This document shows positions 41,077 to 53,279 of a stretch of 64,000 bases of DNA, piece by piece. A program made the translations under genes and the position numbers. The notes below the pieces were generated by a model, which saw only the letters and a list, made by a program, of their open reading frames with translations, was not told where the DNA came from and did no database searches. Source of the stretch: the human T2T-CHM13v2.0 reference genome, Homo sapiens; NCBI RefSeq assembly GCF_009914755.1, contig NC_060929.1; one strand, written 5' to 3'. The stretch's first letter is position 1. Every line of letters starts with the position of its first letter.

Positions 41077-41503
41077 GCTGTCTTCTTGTGCTGAGTCACT
41101 TCCTGAGTGGGGGCTACAAAATCAGATGAGCCAGTTTGTCAATCTGGGTGGTGCCAGCTGATCCATCAAGGGCAGGGTTTGCCAAGTATCTTGAGCACTG
41201 ATCTTGGGAGCAGTTTAGGGAGGGTCAGAATCTTGCAGCTTCCAGCTGCACGACTCCTGAGCCATGGTTTCTAATCTTGTGGCTAGTTTCTTGGTCTAGT
41301 GCCCAGACAAGAGGGAGGCTTATTTTGGGAAGGAGTTGCTATCATCTTTGTTTTAGGCTATAAACTGTAAACTAGGCTCCTCCCAGAGTTGGTTTGGCCT
41401 ATGCCTAGGGATGGGCAAGGACAGCTTGGGGGCTGGAAGCAAGATGGAGTTGGTTGGGTTGGACCTCTTTTACCGTCTCAGTCATTTTGCAATGACAGTT
41501 TCA
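41077..41503 (-). mobile_element. Inverted LTR8-like fragment within the ERV internal region
   Basis: Minus strand starts tgaaactgtcattgcaaaatgactgagac and contains gatggatcagctggcaccacccagat. Confidence 0.75.
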
Positions 41504-41801
41504 AAAGTTGCTTACCGCCCCTTTGAGAATACCTCATACACTTGCAGTTAAGTCATAACCTAATGGAGGCTTATTGGTTTCACCTGTGAGGTTACTTTTG
41601 GTAAAGTTCAAAAGCCAAAAATCTTAACCACTTGGTGTGGCTAATGTTGAGTAACAAGATATCTTAAATGATTTTCTTAAAGAGAGCTCAGCTTAATTAA
41701 AAGTGGATATTCAAGCTACAGGTATATTTTAAAGGCCTATACGTTTTTCTTTTCTTGGGTCTTGTTTTTCTGGAAAAAGGTTTTTATTCTCAGTTGACTG
41801 A

Positions 41802-42179
<378 letters not shown>

Positions 42180-45100
42180 TGAGATGGCCTAAGATAACTT
42201 TTGGTAGCCTGGAATTCCTTTGGAAAAACAGAGGAGATGCCAGAGACCCTGTTTTGGAAAAAAACCTCTGTTTTCCTCATGAAATCCCAGAATTAAAAGC
42301 GGATAAATCCCTCTCAAAATGAAAGGCTCTGTTCTATTTTGCATTGTGTTATCTGACGGTTTAGAGTTTGGGGAGTATCAGAAATTGCTTCACATTAGAG
42401 AGACCTTTGGTGTGTACTAACGAGGTAGGAAATATACTTTAAGGGATGGCTACTAGTAGTTATGGAGGGATACTTGACTCTTTGCACATTTGGATCAGAG
42501 AAGCACGCTGTTGACCACCTGGAAGATATGGAAACATCCCTACCCCCACTAAGAGATGAGACTCCCATGGGGGATGGGCTGATTACAAAATAGGCTTATT
42601 GGCTTTGCTTTGCCTTGCAATAAAATGCATGGTAGAAGCACTGCACTATCTTCTTCTATAGTATTTCTCTCCTTTTGGGGATCCAGGATCCAGTATAAAA
42701 TGGCACCCTTAATTTTGGGGATCTGTCTTTGCCTTCAGCTGTGCCTGCTTATTAGACCCTAGAAATGAGTGCTTTCCTAGCCCTGTTCCTCCAAGGGCTC
42801 TACCCTGAAGCCAGTAATTCAGTTAAGAAACTGGCAAATGAAAAATCTTACAAGTACTGAATCTTCTGTCTGTCTGTATAGCTAAATATGTGTTGTGTGT
42901 AATGTCTATAAAACAGCTCTAATTGATTGGCTCAAAGAAAAATACACATTTAAATCAAGTATTTTTTAAAGCAAATATAAAAGCTATAATGCCTTTCAGT
43001 GCAAGTGGCTTTAATGTTTAAGAAATAAAAATAATCTTAGGGATTATTGGTAAAATATAAATGTCATCAAAATGCAAATGGGTGGTCTACATCATATAAG
43101 TCTGATACTAGGTTTGATAAATGTTTCAAGACTGTAAGCTGCCTGCTTTACAATTTGGTAAGGCCTGGGGACGTACAAAATTAACCACACCCCTAACTAT
43201 GCTGGAAAAAGTGACTTTATCTGTGTCTAGTACATAATCAAAACAACTTACCAGGTTTCACATTAAAGTTAAAAACTGCTAAAAGTTATCATTATAACAT
43301 GTAACTTAAACCACTAAAAATAGATTTACGTATGAGGTGTGTAAAAGCAGTAAAATGTGTCTTTAGTAGAAGATTATAAGAAGGCATGGAAATGTAAATT
43401 TCACCTAGGAATAAAGGATTGTCTTAAATTAGATAAGATACATCTGAATGTTTAAGCAAGTTGTGGAAATATTGTAAAATTAATCTTGCAAAAAAATCCT
43501 GTGTGTAAACATTAACTAAATTCAAAAGGGTAATACAAAAGGGTATTATATGGTCTTTTCATAAATTGAGGATTGAAATAAAAATACAGCAAGTTTGTCT
43601 TAATAAACTAGTCTGCCTTTTAGCAGAAAGGTTATAAAAGGTTTGTAAAAATTTTACCTCATGGTCAAAATGGTTAAAATTAGATGGAATTGTCTATGAG
43701 GCTTTACCAAAAAATTTGGGTTAACGTTAATAAACTAATGCAAGGGTAAAATTTGGCTTTGAACAGGATTTTCATGTAATAGTAAAGGCTAATGAAAGGT
43801 TTTTGCCTTTTTAAAATTTTTGAGTCATCATTTTGGCAAAATAAATAAATTTATGGTAGTCTAGAATTCTATTTCATAACATCAATATTTTAAACCTGTA
43901 ACATATTTACCAGGTTTTCCAAAATCAAACCTCAGTTTCAAAATTGTCTTTCCTGATACTTGGCTTTTCGGAGGCTCCAGAAGGGACCCTGGAGTGTCCA
44001 GAAAAGAGAGAAAAACAGGATTATTTAACAGGTTTAGGTATATGAGATTGCCAAAATGATGTTAAATCATCTTCAGGTTATATTTTAGTGGATAATGTTA
44101 ATATATGTTCCAAAATTGTGTGAGATGTCAAAAAATTCTAATGATAAAATATGTTATATTTAATGGCAGTTATCTTTCTGGTCATCTTTAAGAATTTGGT
44201 ATGTGTGTCAATCAAAAAGTTCATTGTAAATTAATTCTGAGCTAAGCAGTAAAGGGACTTATTGGAAGGATGTCAAGCCATTCACAGAATTAACGAGATT
44301 GAAGAACTAGATATTGAAATAGGCAGGGGTGTGGGAAGATGGAATTTTAGCCAAGGAAGGGTCAGGCCAGGACCTTATCCCTGGCTTTGCTGCCATTAGA
44401 CACTATAGAGCTCTTCAAACACTTTTCATCCTTCCCTCTATCTTTGCACCACCCTTTCAAGAATCAAAGTCTGATTGGAGCAAATGACCAGATAAGCGGG
44501 TGCTTTTCTGGCCAAAGAAAATCAGGCAGGCCTCTTCTGCCATGTCAGGTAGAACCCTACTTCTCACCAACCCTGATACAATGCAGTAACCTCCACAATA
44601 GGAAAGGGGTTTCAATTATGGTTAGATTTTTTTTTTTAAAGACAATAGATGTGCTACAGCATTTACTGATCCCTGCTGATTATAGGATCCTTTTTCATTT
44701 GCCTAGTGATTGAAATAATGTATAAAGTGGAAGTTGTTAAACTGTGGCCCATGCATATGATTCAAGGGTCATATATTGTCTAAAATTGTGTGCAGAAATT
44801 TGAGGTATATGCATTTCGCATTTTTGGCGGTGGGAGGGTCCATAACTTCTCCAAGAGGTCTACAATCTACAAAAAATTGAGAAATACTCTCTGGAAAGTT
44901 CTATATAATTGCTTTCTCCTTTTGAAAGTTCACTCATTTGTCTGCATTAATTGTCACTAGTATTACTACCTTTTATCCGCTAGATGGTGATATTGTACGT
45001 GTTTTCATGCACCAATCATAAGCTTCATTGATATGAATTGAAATAGCTCAGTGGTTTAAACGAAACCTCTTCAAAACCATTTGAGGGAAGGAAGGAATTT

Positions 45101-45603
45101 TAGAAACTGCATATTCCTTCTCCTTGTCTTACACATGAGGAACTGCGTTCCCAAAAGTTTAAGAGAGAGCCTTGACTGGAAAAAAAACCCCTTTGAAAAA
45201 ATGGAAAGGATGCCCTGAGGGGAAGGAGCACCTGGAGTCTGGGCTCTCCTCTTTCAACCCCAAATCACTTTAGAATGCACCTCTGGCTAGCTGAGAGACT
45301 GGGGGTGGTGCTGGTTGTGGACTTTAGATGCCTTTGGCTCTGAGACACATATATTTCAGTTAAAACTGACCATGACTGAAAATCTGATCCTTCTCTTGGG
45401 ATCCTGATAATGCTAAAGAGAGCTTTACTTAGGGAAGAGTTTGCAAAGAAAGCCGCTTTTCTCTGACATAAGCCTCCCCTCTCCCCTTTCCTGGTTAGCT
45501 TTAGACATTTCTTAAGTGCAGTATGTTATTTTGAGGGCCAAAGGTAACCCTATATAGATGTACGTATTATGATAACAGGAATGAGTGACTGAGGCAAAAG
45601 TCT

Positions 45604-46647
45604 TGTTATCAATGGTGAATATCACAGTTACTGTTGGATAATCTGTGTGGGTCTGCAGCAGCCTCAGTTCTTGACTCCTCAGAAGAAAGAATTCAACTAA
45701 GGGGCATAAGGCAGAAGAAAAGACCAAGGCAAGTTTCAGAGCAGGAATGAAAAGAAAGTAAAGTACACTTGGAAGAGGGTCAAGTGGGAATGTTGGAGGT
45801 AAAGTGCCCTGTTTGACCTTGGACTTAGGGTTTTATATGCTGCCAGTGTCTTGCCTCCCTTTTACCTTGATTCTTCCCTTGGGGTGAGCTGCCCACATGT
45901 GTGGTGCTGCTAGCACTTGGGAGGTGAGTATGTGCAGTATGTTTACTGGAGTTGTAAGCATGCTCACCTGATGCAGTCTTCCGTTTTCCAGAGGAATGCC
46001 CCCAGAAAGTCATATACCAGTTAATTTGCACCATTTTGCCTCTTAATGCATATGTTTGAGCCCACTCACCCAATTCCTGAGATCTTATTGGGAAGCTGCT
46101 GATCTCCAGTTTCAGTTGTTTTTATCTAATGGGAAACTGCCTTTCTCTGGCAGAGGCTGTGACCAATTATCATTTTGGAGAGGCCATGTGACAAACTGCC
46201 TGACCATCACCTGATGGTTGCCTGGCATTCCTGGTGGTGGTTAGGGGAGCCCTCTCTTGCCCTGCTCGTGCCTCATGGCTGTGTCCCCACCCAGATTTCA
46301 TCTTGAATTCCCACGTGTTGTGGGAGAGACCAGGTGGGAGGTAATTGAATCATGGGGGCAAATCTTTCCCATGCTGTTCCTGTGATAGTGAATAAGTCTC
46401 ACGAGATCTGATGGTTTTAAAAAGAGGTATTCTCCTGCACACGCTCCCTCATTTTTTGCCTGCTGCCATCCAGTTAAGATATGACTTGCTCCTCCTTGCC
46501 TTCTGCCATGATGTGAGGCTTCCCTAGCCACATGGAACTGTAAGTCCAATTAAACCTTTTTCTTTTGTAAATTGCTCAGTCTCAGGTATGTCTTTACCAG
46601 CACCATGAAAACGAACTAATACACCTGACTAGCTACCTACTGTAACA
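45604..46647 (-). mobile_element. ERV1 solo LTR (MER66/LTR29-like) containing a THE1
   Basis: TG...CA ends (minus start tgttacagtaggtagctagtcagg); 4-bp TSD GTCT at 45600-45603 and 46648-46651. Confidence 0.75.
46277..46623 (+). mobile_element. THE1 LTR (a few 5' bases missing)
   Basis: tggctgtgtccccaccc...aactaataca. Confidence 0.88.
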
Positions 46648-48919
46648 GTCTCAACTATCTAGATTTATTAAGCCAGCTTTAGGGTATTCTGCGAAAAAAT
46701 AAGCCATAGACATATGTTCTTCTCTGATTGTTTTTCAGAGAGGTTTTCAGGAGTTCAGTATTTATACACTTCCTTAAAGCAGGGGAAGGCATTTGGAAGA
46801 GAGACAGGTAGGCAGTTAGATGAATTACATTCTTATGTAATTTGGAAGAGATTACGGCATTTGGAAGAGAGACAGGTAGGCAGTTACATTCTTATGAGAC
46901 TTTAGTTAGTGGCCAGTGAATCTACATTTTACATGGGATAAAGGGAACCCCTGAAGAGAAAAAAAGGAGTAAAGGAGAATCAATAATGCAGACATTTCTG
47001 GGTAGATGGAGGAAGTGACTGACCTCATCTTGTCTTTGTTCTGTACCTGGTAAGATATGTATAACAGACTTTAGTCTTAGGAACTAGACTTAGACTGTAG
47101 ACCCACAGTTACAATTGGCATGTCCTTGTTTATGGGAGGCCAGCAAATAATTTACTTATGAGTGATCTGTGGAGACAGCCCTCCCTAGATGCCTGAGGCC
47201 TTTCACTTCTCCACCTCTCCTTGAGGATCTGGCTGATGCATAATGCTAGTAGCAGCTATTCATTTGCAAGAGGATGTTGCACGACTCAGTCTTCAGGCTT
47301 AACCTTCCTTTTGCATAAGGAGTTTGGGGGTCCTGAGATTCTTTAAAATTTTCCTTTACAATAAGCAGTTTTGACAACACTTAAGAGATGTGCTGTAAAT
47401 ATTAGTGTTTGGAGTTCCCAGACATGAAGATAGAGAAAGCCTCAAGTCACATGGGCTGCGAGAGTGGAGCACGGTGGAAAAGTGGCTGGACAGATTCTCA
47501 CAAGCAGTGGGTCTTCCTCAATGAGTTCTGTGGCATCCTTCATGTTCAGACCATTAAACCAAGGCACCAAATGGAGCTACCACATGTGCTCAGGACCCAC
47601 GTTTCTGGAGGATAATCCTTCCAAATGAATCCTCCAAAAGTGTCTTTAAGCAGTATCCAAAGCTACTGCTATGTCTTTTCCCCTCCACTTCCCTATTATG
47701 TTTGCTCCTCAGTCCTCAGCCACACCCTAGAAAAGACAGGAATCAAAGTACCTTTCCTTCACACTTCTTTCCACCAAAGCTAACAATATTAAATTAATAA
47801 AGTGCCTTTTAAAAACCAACCTTTCCATTTGCACTAATAGACAAGCTTTGCTATATCTGAAACTCAAGGTTGTCTCTGCTAAATTTCAGTAAACAATTGT
47901 GAAAGTCATGATGATGGGTAATCACTGTCGTCTCTACAGGTCCACTATCCTATGCCTCAATATGCTGACCTTTATGTTCTTTGATTTCCTGTTAGGTTTG
48001 GCCAATGGGAAGCAACAGCAAGAGATGGATAGATGGAAGGAGAGAGAGCTGGAGAATTTCTTTCCTTACATCAGTTGGGTAGCTGGGCAGATTGACTGGG
48101 TCTGAAACCAAACACAGGTTCAGCTACTTGCCACTTGCAAGGTCAAAAATCAAGGACAAGGTGGGGTGGAAGGAAGGAAAGGAATCGCCAAGGCTTTGTG
48201 CCTGAAAGGAACCATTTCAAATTTCTGGATAGAACGCAAGGGCTTAAAAAGGGAGGTTGGTGGTGGGAGGGGCATGCAAGAGGGGCAAGGAGGTGCCAGT
48301 CAGTCTATGTAAGTTGCTCTGATGACTTGAGTTATTACCCCATCTGTTGAACGGGCTGGCACCATCCCAGGCACAATCGGGGTGAAAGCTAACTGCAGCT
48401 TTGAGTAATCTCCTGGAGGAGGAGAATTCCATAGGTACCTAGATTGTTTCAAGACTCAGTCCATGAACTTCCAAGAAAACATATAATTAGATGAGGGGGA
48501 CATTGTGCAAGGGAGTGCCTGGTGGAAGGAAAGAGAGCAAAGGTTACCATATAATTTTCAAGCATCTAAACATAAAGTAAGCAAGGAGGAAAATGGAAAA
48601 AGATTAAAAAATTAAAAATAGAGTATTTGGTTACATGTCCTTGACCCTCTGCTGAAGGCCACAGCTTATGACCACCCTCTCCTACAGCTACCAGAGTCTC
48701 GGTTTCCAGTAACTCGTTGTTCCTTCCTCTGGCTCATCAGGCCCAGGAATGATAGCAGCTTCCTGTTATTGCTAGTCATGGGGTGTTTCATTATCTCTTG
48801 TTATTTTTCCTTAACTCTACTCACTCCTTTGTAAACAGACCTTTCACTAATAACTCTTCACTCTTTCCATCTGCTTTCAGCCAGAACCCTGACCTGCTCA
48901 GCCAGAAACTTCACTGAAG

Positions 48920-49230
48920 TTTCTATAGTCCTCACGTTCCATTAGATCTCTAGACTTATTCATTCTACATATCTGCAACTTTGTATCCTTTGATCTGCAT
49001 CTCCTTATTTCCTCCCTCCTTCCCCCACCCCACCTCTGGTAACCATCATTTTGTTCTTTGTCTTTGTGTCTTCGACATTTTTTTTTTTTTAAAGATTACA
49101 CATTTAAGTGAGATCATGCAATATTTTTCTTTCTGTGTCTGGAGTTTTGCAGTTTCAGGTCTTACATTTAAGCCTTTAATCCATTCTGAGCTGATTTTGT
49201 GTGTGGCATAAGAAAAGAATCCTATTTTAT
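48920..49230 (-). mobile_element. L1MA-like 3' fragment (continues at 59101)
   Basis: tctctagacttattcattct...agtttcaggtcttacatttaagcctttaatccatt. Confidence 0.7.
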
Positions 49231-49449
49231 ATTTTATTATATTTCATTTGGTTTTTAATTTTTAATTTCATCAACTGTGACTTTGTTGTATGAAAAGAGT
49301 GTGGGTAGCAAATCTCTTGCTCCACTTTGGAAATCCCCTCCCCTCCCACTAAAGTGGAGATTCCTACCTAATCTAACTCCTGGAGGGTTGTTAACAGAGA
49401 TTAAAAGAGACAGTGAAGTGGACATGCTTTAAAATAAAAATGTGTTTTA

Positions 49450-49660
49450 TAAGAGAGGCAGCATAATCTGGAGACTCAGAGCACAGGCACCAGAGGCAAC
49501 ACTAGGTTTGAAGCTCCAGCTCTGCCTCTGATAAACTTATAATTTAAATCTGTGCCTCAGTTTCCTCATATGTAAAATGAGGATAATAACAGATGTACCT
49601 CTTAGGGTTGTTGTCGGAGTTAAATGAAATATAATATTGCCTGATATATAGTAAGTTCTC
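49450..49660 (+). mobile_element. MIR
   Basis: tctgtgcctcagtttcctcatatgtaaaatgaggataataa core. Confidence 0.85.
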
Positions 49661-49954
49661 AGTCAGTGGTACTTTTCTTTTTTTTTTTTTTTTTTAATGA
49701 GACAGAGTCTTGCTCTGTTGCCCAGGCTGGAGTGCAGTGGCGTGATCTCGGCTCAATGCAAGCTCTGACTCCCGGGTTCACACCACTCTCCTGCCTCAGC
49801 CTCCCGAGTAGCTGGGACTACAGGCGCCCGCCACCACACCCGGCTAACTTTTTTTGTATTTTTAGTAGAGATGGGGTTTCACCCTGTTAGCCAGGGTGGT
49901 CTCGATCTCCTGACCTCGTGATCCACCCACCTCGGCCTCCCAAAGTGCTGGGAT

Positions 49955-51532
49955 TGAGAGGTGACAATGTGCTAGCAGCCCTTGCTTGCTCTCGGCACCT
50001 CCTCAGGCCACAGCGTCCACTCTGGCCATGCTCGAGGAGCCCTTCAGCCCGCCACTGCACTGTGGGGGCCCCCTCTGGGCTGGCCCAGGCCGGAACTGGC
50101 TCCCTCTGCTTGTGGGGAGGTGTGGAGGGAGAGGCGTGGATAGGAACCAGGGATGGGCGTGGTGCTCGTGGGCTAGTGCGAGTTCCAGGTGGGCGGGGGC
50201 TTGGCGGCCCACACTTGGAGTGGCTGGCTGGCATCGCCGGCCTGCACAGTGAGGGGTTTAGCACCCGGGCCAGCAGCTGCAGAAGGTGTGCTGGGTCGCC
50301 CAGCACTGCTGGCCCATGCGCGACACGCTTGAATTCTCGCTGGGCCTCAGCCACCTCCCTGCATGGCAGGGCTCGGGACCTGCAGCCCGCCATGCCTGAG
50401 TTCCCCTGCAGTGGGCTCCCACGCCGCCCGAGGTTCCCCAACAGCTGCCGCCCCCCGCTCCACGGCACCCAGTCTCATCAACAGCCCAAGGGCTGAGGAG
50501 TGCAGGCAGGGCGTGGGACTGGCGGGCAGCTCCGCCCACGGGCCTAGTGTGGGATCCACTAGGAAAAGTCAGCTGGGCTCTTGAGTCGGGTGGGGACTTG
50601 GAGAAATTTTATGTCTAGCTGGAGGATTCTATATGCACCAATCAGCACTCTGTGTCTAGCTCAGGGTTTGTGGATGCACCAATCAGCACTCTGTATCTAG
50701 CTAATCTGGTGGGGACTTGGAGAACTTTTATGTCTAGCTAGAGGATTGTAAATGCACCAATCAGCACTCTGTGTCTAGCTAAAAGATTGTAAACACGCCA
50801 ATCAGCATTCTGTGTCAGGCTCAAGGTTTGTAAACACACCAATCAGTGCTCTCTGTCTAGCTAATCTAGTGGGGACTTGGAGAACTTTTACATCTAGCTA
50901 GAGTATTGTAAATACACCAATCAGCACTCTGCATCTAGCTCAGGGATTGTAAATGCACCAATCAGCGCCCTGTCAAAACGGACCAATCAGCTCTCTGTAA
51001 AATGGACCAATCAACTCTCTGTAAAATGGACCAATCAGCAGGATGTGGGTGGGGTCAGATAAGGGAATAAAAGCAAGCTGCCTGGGTCAGCAGCGGCAAC
51101 CCGCTTGGGTCCCCTTTCACGCTGTGGAAGCTTTGTTCTTTCGCTCTTCACAATAAATCTTGCCGCTGCTCTCTTTGGGTCTGCACTGTTTTATGAGCTG
51201 TAACACTCACAGCGAAGGTCTGCAGCTTCACTCCTGAGGCCAGCAAGACCACGAACCCACTGGGAAGAATGAACAACTCCAGACGGGAGGAATGAACAAC
51301 TCCAGATATGCCACCTTAAGAGCTGTAACACTCACCACGAAGGTCTGCAGCTTCACTTCTGAAGCCAGCAAGATCATGAACCCACCAGAAGGAAGAAACT
51401 CTGAACATATCCGAATATCAGAAGGAAAAAACTCCGGACACACCATCTTTAAGAACTGTAACACTCACCGCGAGGGTCTGCAGCTTCATTCTTGAAGTCA
51501 GTGAGACCAAGAACCCACCAAATCTGGACACA
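49955..51532 (+). mobile_element. Solo LTR12 (LTR12C-like) of ERV9
   Basis: tgagaggtgaca...ggacaca; 4-bp TSD GGAT; GC-rich 5' U3, tandem CCAAT repeats, U5 repeats; 1578 bp. Confidence 0.95.
50630..51160 (+). promoter_or_regulatory. LTR12C U3 enhancer/promoter: ~10 CCAAT (NF-Y-type) boxes, TATA-like AATAAAA at 51066, poly(A) hexamer at 51152
   Basis: Repeated accaatcagc units from 50638 to 51035; matches the known ERV9 LTR layout. Confidence 0.75.
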
Positions 51533-52349
51533 GGATTACAGGCATGAGCCACCATGCCCAGCCCCAATTAGTGGTACTGTGTCCAGAATTGGTTCCTTCT
51601 GGTGGGTTTTTGGTCTCGCTGACTTAAAGAATGAAGCCGTGGACCCTCGTGGTGAGTGTTAAAGTTCTTAAAGATGGTGTATCCAGAGTTTGTTCCTTCA
51701 GATGTTCAGATGTGTCCAGAGTTTCTTCCTTCTGGTGGGTTCATGGTCTCGCTGACTTCAGGAGTGAAGCCACAGACCGTCACAGTGAGTGTTACAGCTC
51801 TTAAAGGTGGCACTTCCAGAGTTGTTTTTTCCTCCCGGTGGGTTCGTGGTCTTGCTGGTTTCAGGAGTGAAGCTGCAGACCTTCATGGTGAGTATTACAG
51901 CTCATAAAGGCAGTGCAGACCCAAAGAGTGAGCAGCAGCAAGATTTAGTGCGAAGAACGAAAGAACAAAGCTTCCAACAGTGTGGAAGGGGACCCAAGGG
52001 GGTTGCCACTGCTGGCTCTGGTGGCCTGCTTTTATTCCTTTATTTGGCCCCACCGACATCCTGCTGATTGGTCCATTTTACAGAGAGCTGATTGGTCCAT
52101 TCTACAGAGTGCTGATTGGTCCATTTTACAGAGTGCTGATTGGTCTGTTTTACAGACCAATTGGTCTGTTTTACAGAGTGCTGATGGGTCCATTTTTACA
52201 GAGTGCTGACTGGTGTGTTTACAAACCTTTAGCTAGACATAGAGCACTGATTGGTGCATTTACAATCCTTTAGCTAGACAGAAAAGTTCTCCAAGTTCCC
52301 ACCTGACCCAGAAGCTCAGCCAGTTTCACCTCTCAATCTCCCCTCTAAA

Positions 52350-53040
52350 CAGGACACCCCAACTGCTGTTGGGAATTGGCCAATGACTGCTCTAGCTACT
52401 TTCTGCTGGATAGGGGTGAAGAAGCGGCCCTGCAACTGTAGTGTCCTCCAGAGGGGAACACTTCAGGCCAGTGAAACGTCCAGAGGGTCGGTCCAGGGGT
52501 CCTCAGTAGAGGTTGTTAGTTGAGCTCATTTGGGGCTCCATTTGTAAGACCATCTGTAGCTTGATGGCCTCGATTCTAGAGGAAACAAATTTGACAAGGA
52601 GGTTAAAAATACAGGGCCCGAAGGTGAATAATAGCAAGATGGCTGCCATGGGACCTAGAAAGGGGAGAAGCCATGTTGCCCAACTCCAGAGATTGGTATA
52701 AGAGTTTGAGAGGCGTTGTCTGATTTCAGAAGACTTTTCCTGTAAATGCCAGGTGGTATCTCGTACTATCCCTGACTGGTTAGTGTAAAAACAACACTCT
52801 TCCCCTAAGAAAGTGCAGAGTCCTCATTTCTCAGCAGTGAGGAGGTCTAGGCCTCAGCAGATTTGGAGAGTCACTGCTGCCAAAAAGTCTATTTGGGATT
52901 GTAGAGTAAGGATAGATTTCGTTATCTCTTGTAAACTGTCTGAGAGGCAGATATCAGTTGAAGTTCCACATAAGAAGAATATATCGTGGCTGGGTAGACA
53001 GAAATTTACCCTGGCTTTTAAAGGAACAGGGTACACTGTT
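52350..53040 (-). pseudogene. env: HERV9 env remnant (short SU/TM pieces)
   Basis: IFFLCGTST and LQEITKSILTLQSQIDFLAAVTLQ (TM heptad leading into the ISD), heavily deleted. Confidence 0.75.
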
Positions 53041-53279
53041 TTTTCTTTACTGCTTCTCTCTCTTTCTTTCTCTTTGACTTCTTCTTTGTCTCTTTCTCTC
53101 TCTTCCTGTCTCTGTCTCTCTCTTTGACTCCTTCTTTGTCTCTGTCTCTTCCTCTCTCTGTCTCCTTCTCTTTGTCTCTGTTGCTTCCTCTCTCTCTCTT
53201 TCTCTTTCTGTCTCTTTCTCTCTTTCCATTCTGCTGCCTCTGCCAGCTGCTTATGCTGCTGTTCTCCCCTCTCCTTCCC

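Larger units (their letters stand above)
45570..47360 (-). mobile_element. MER4-group ERV1 solo LTR split by nested LTRs
   Basis: Minus-strand start tgtaaaggaaaatt...ggacccccaaactcc at 47360; short distal piece at 45570-45603. Confidence 0.6.
49673..51563 (-). mobile_element. AluY split by LTR12C (Alu pieces 49673-49954 and 51533-51563)
   Basis: AluY diagnostics (caagctc, ctacaggcgcccgcc, ttagccag...tctcgatctcc). caaagtgctgggat resumes as ggattacaggc after the LTR. Confidence 0.93.

Noticed and set aside
49887-50584. Overlapping ~190-aa ORFs on both strands
   Set aside because: They fall in the GC-rich U3 of LTR12C, where stop codons are rare, and show no recognisable domain.
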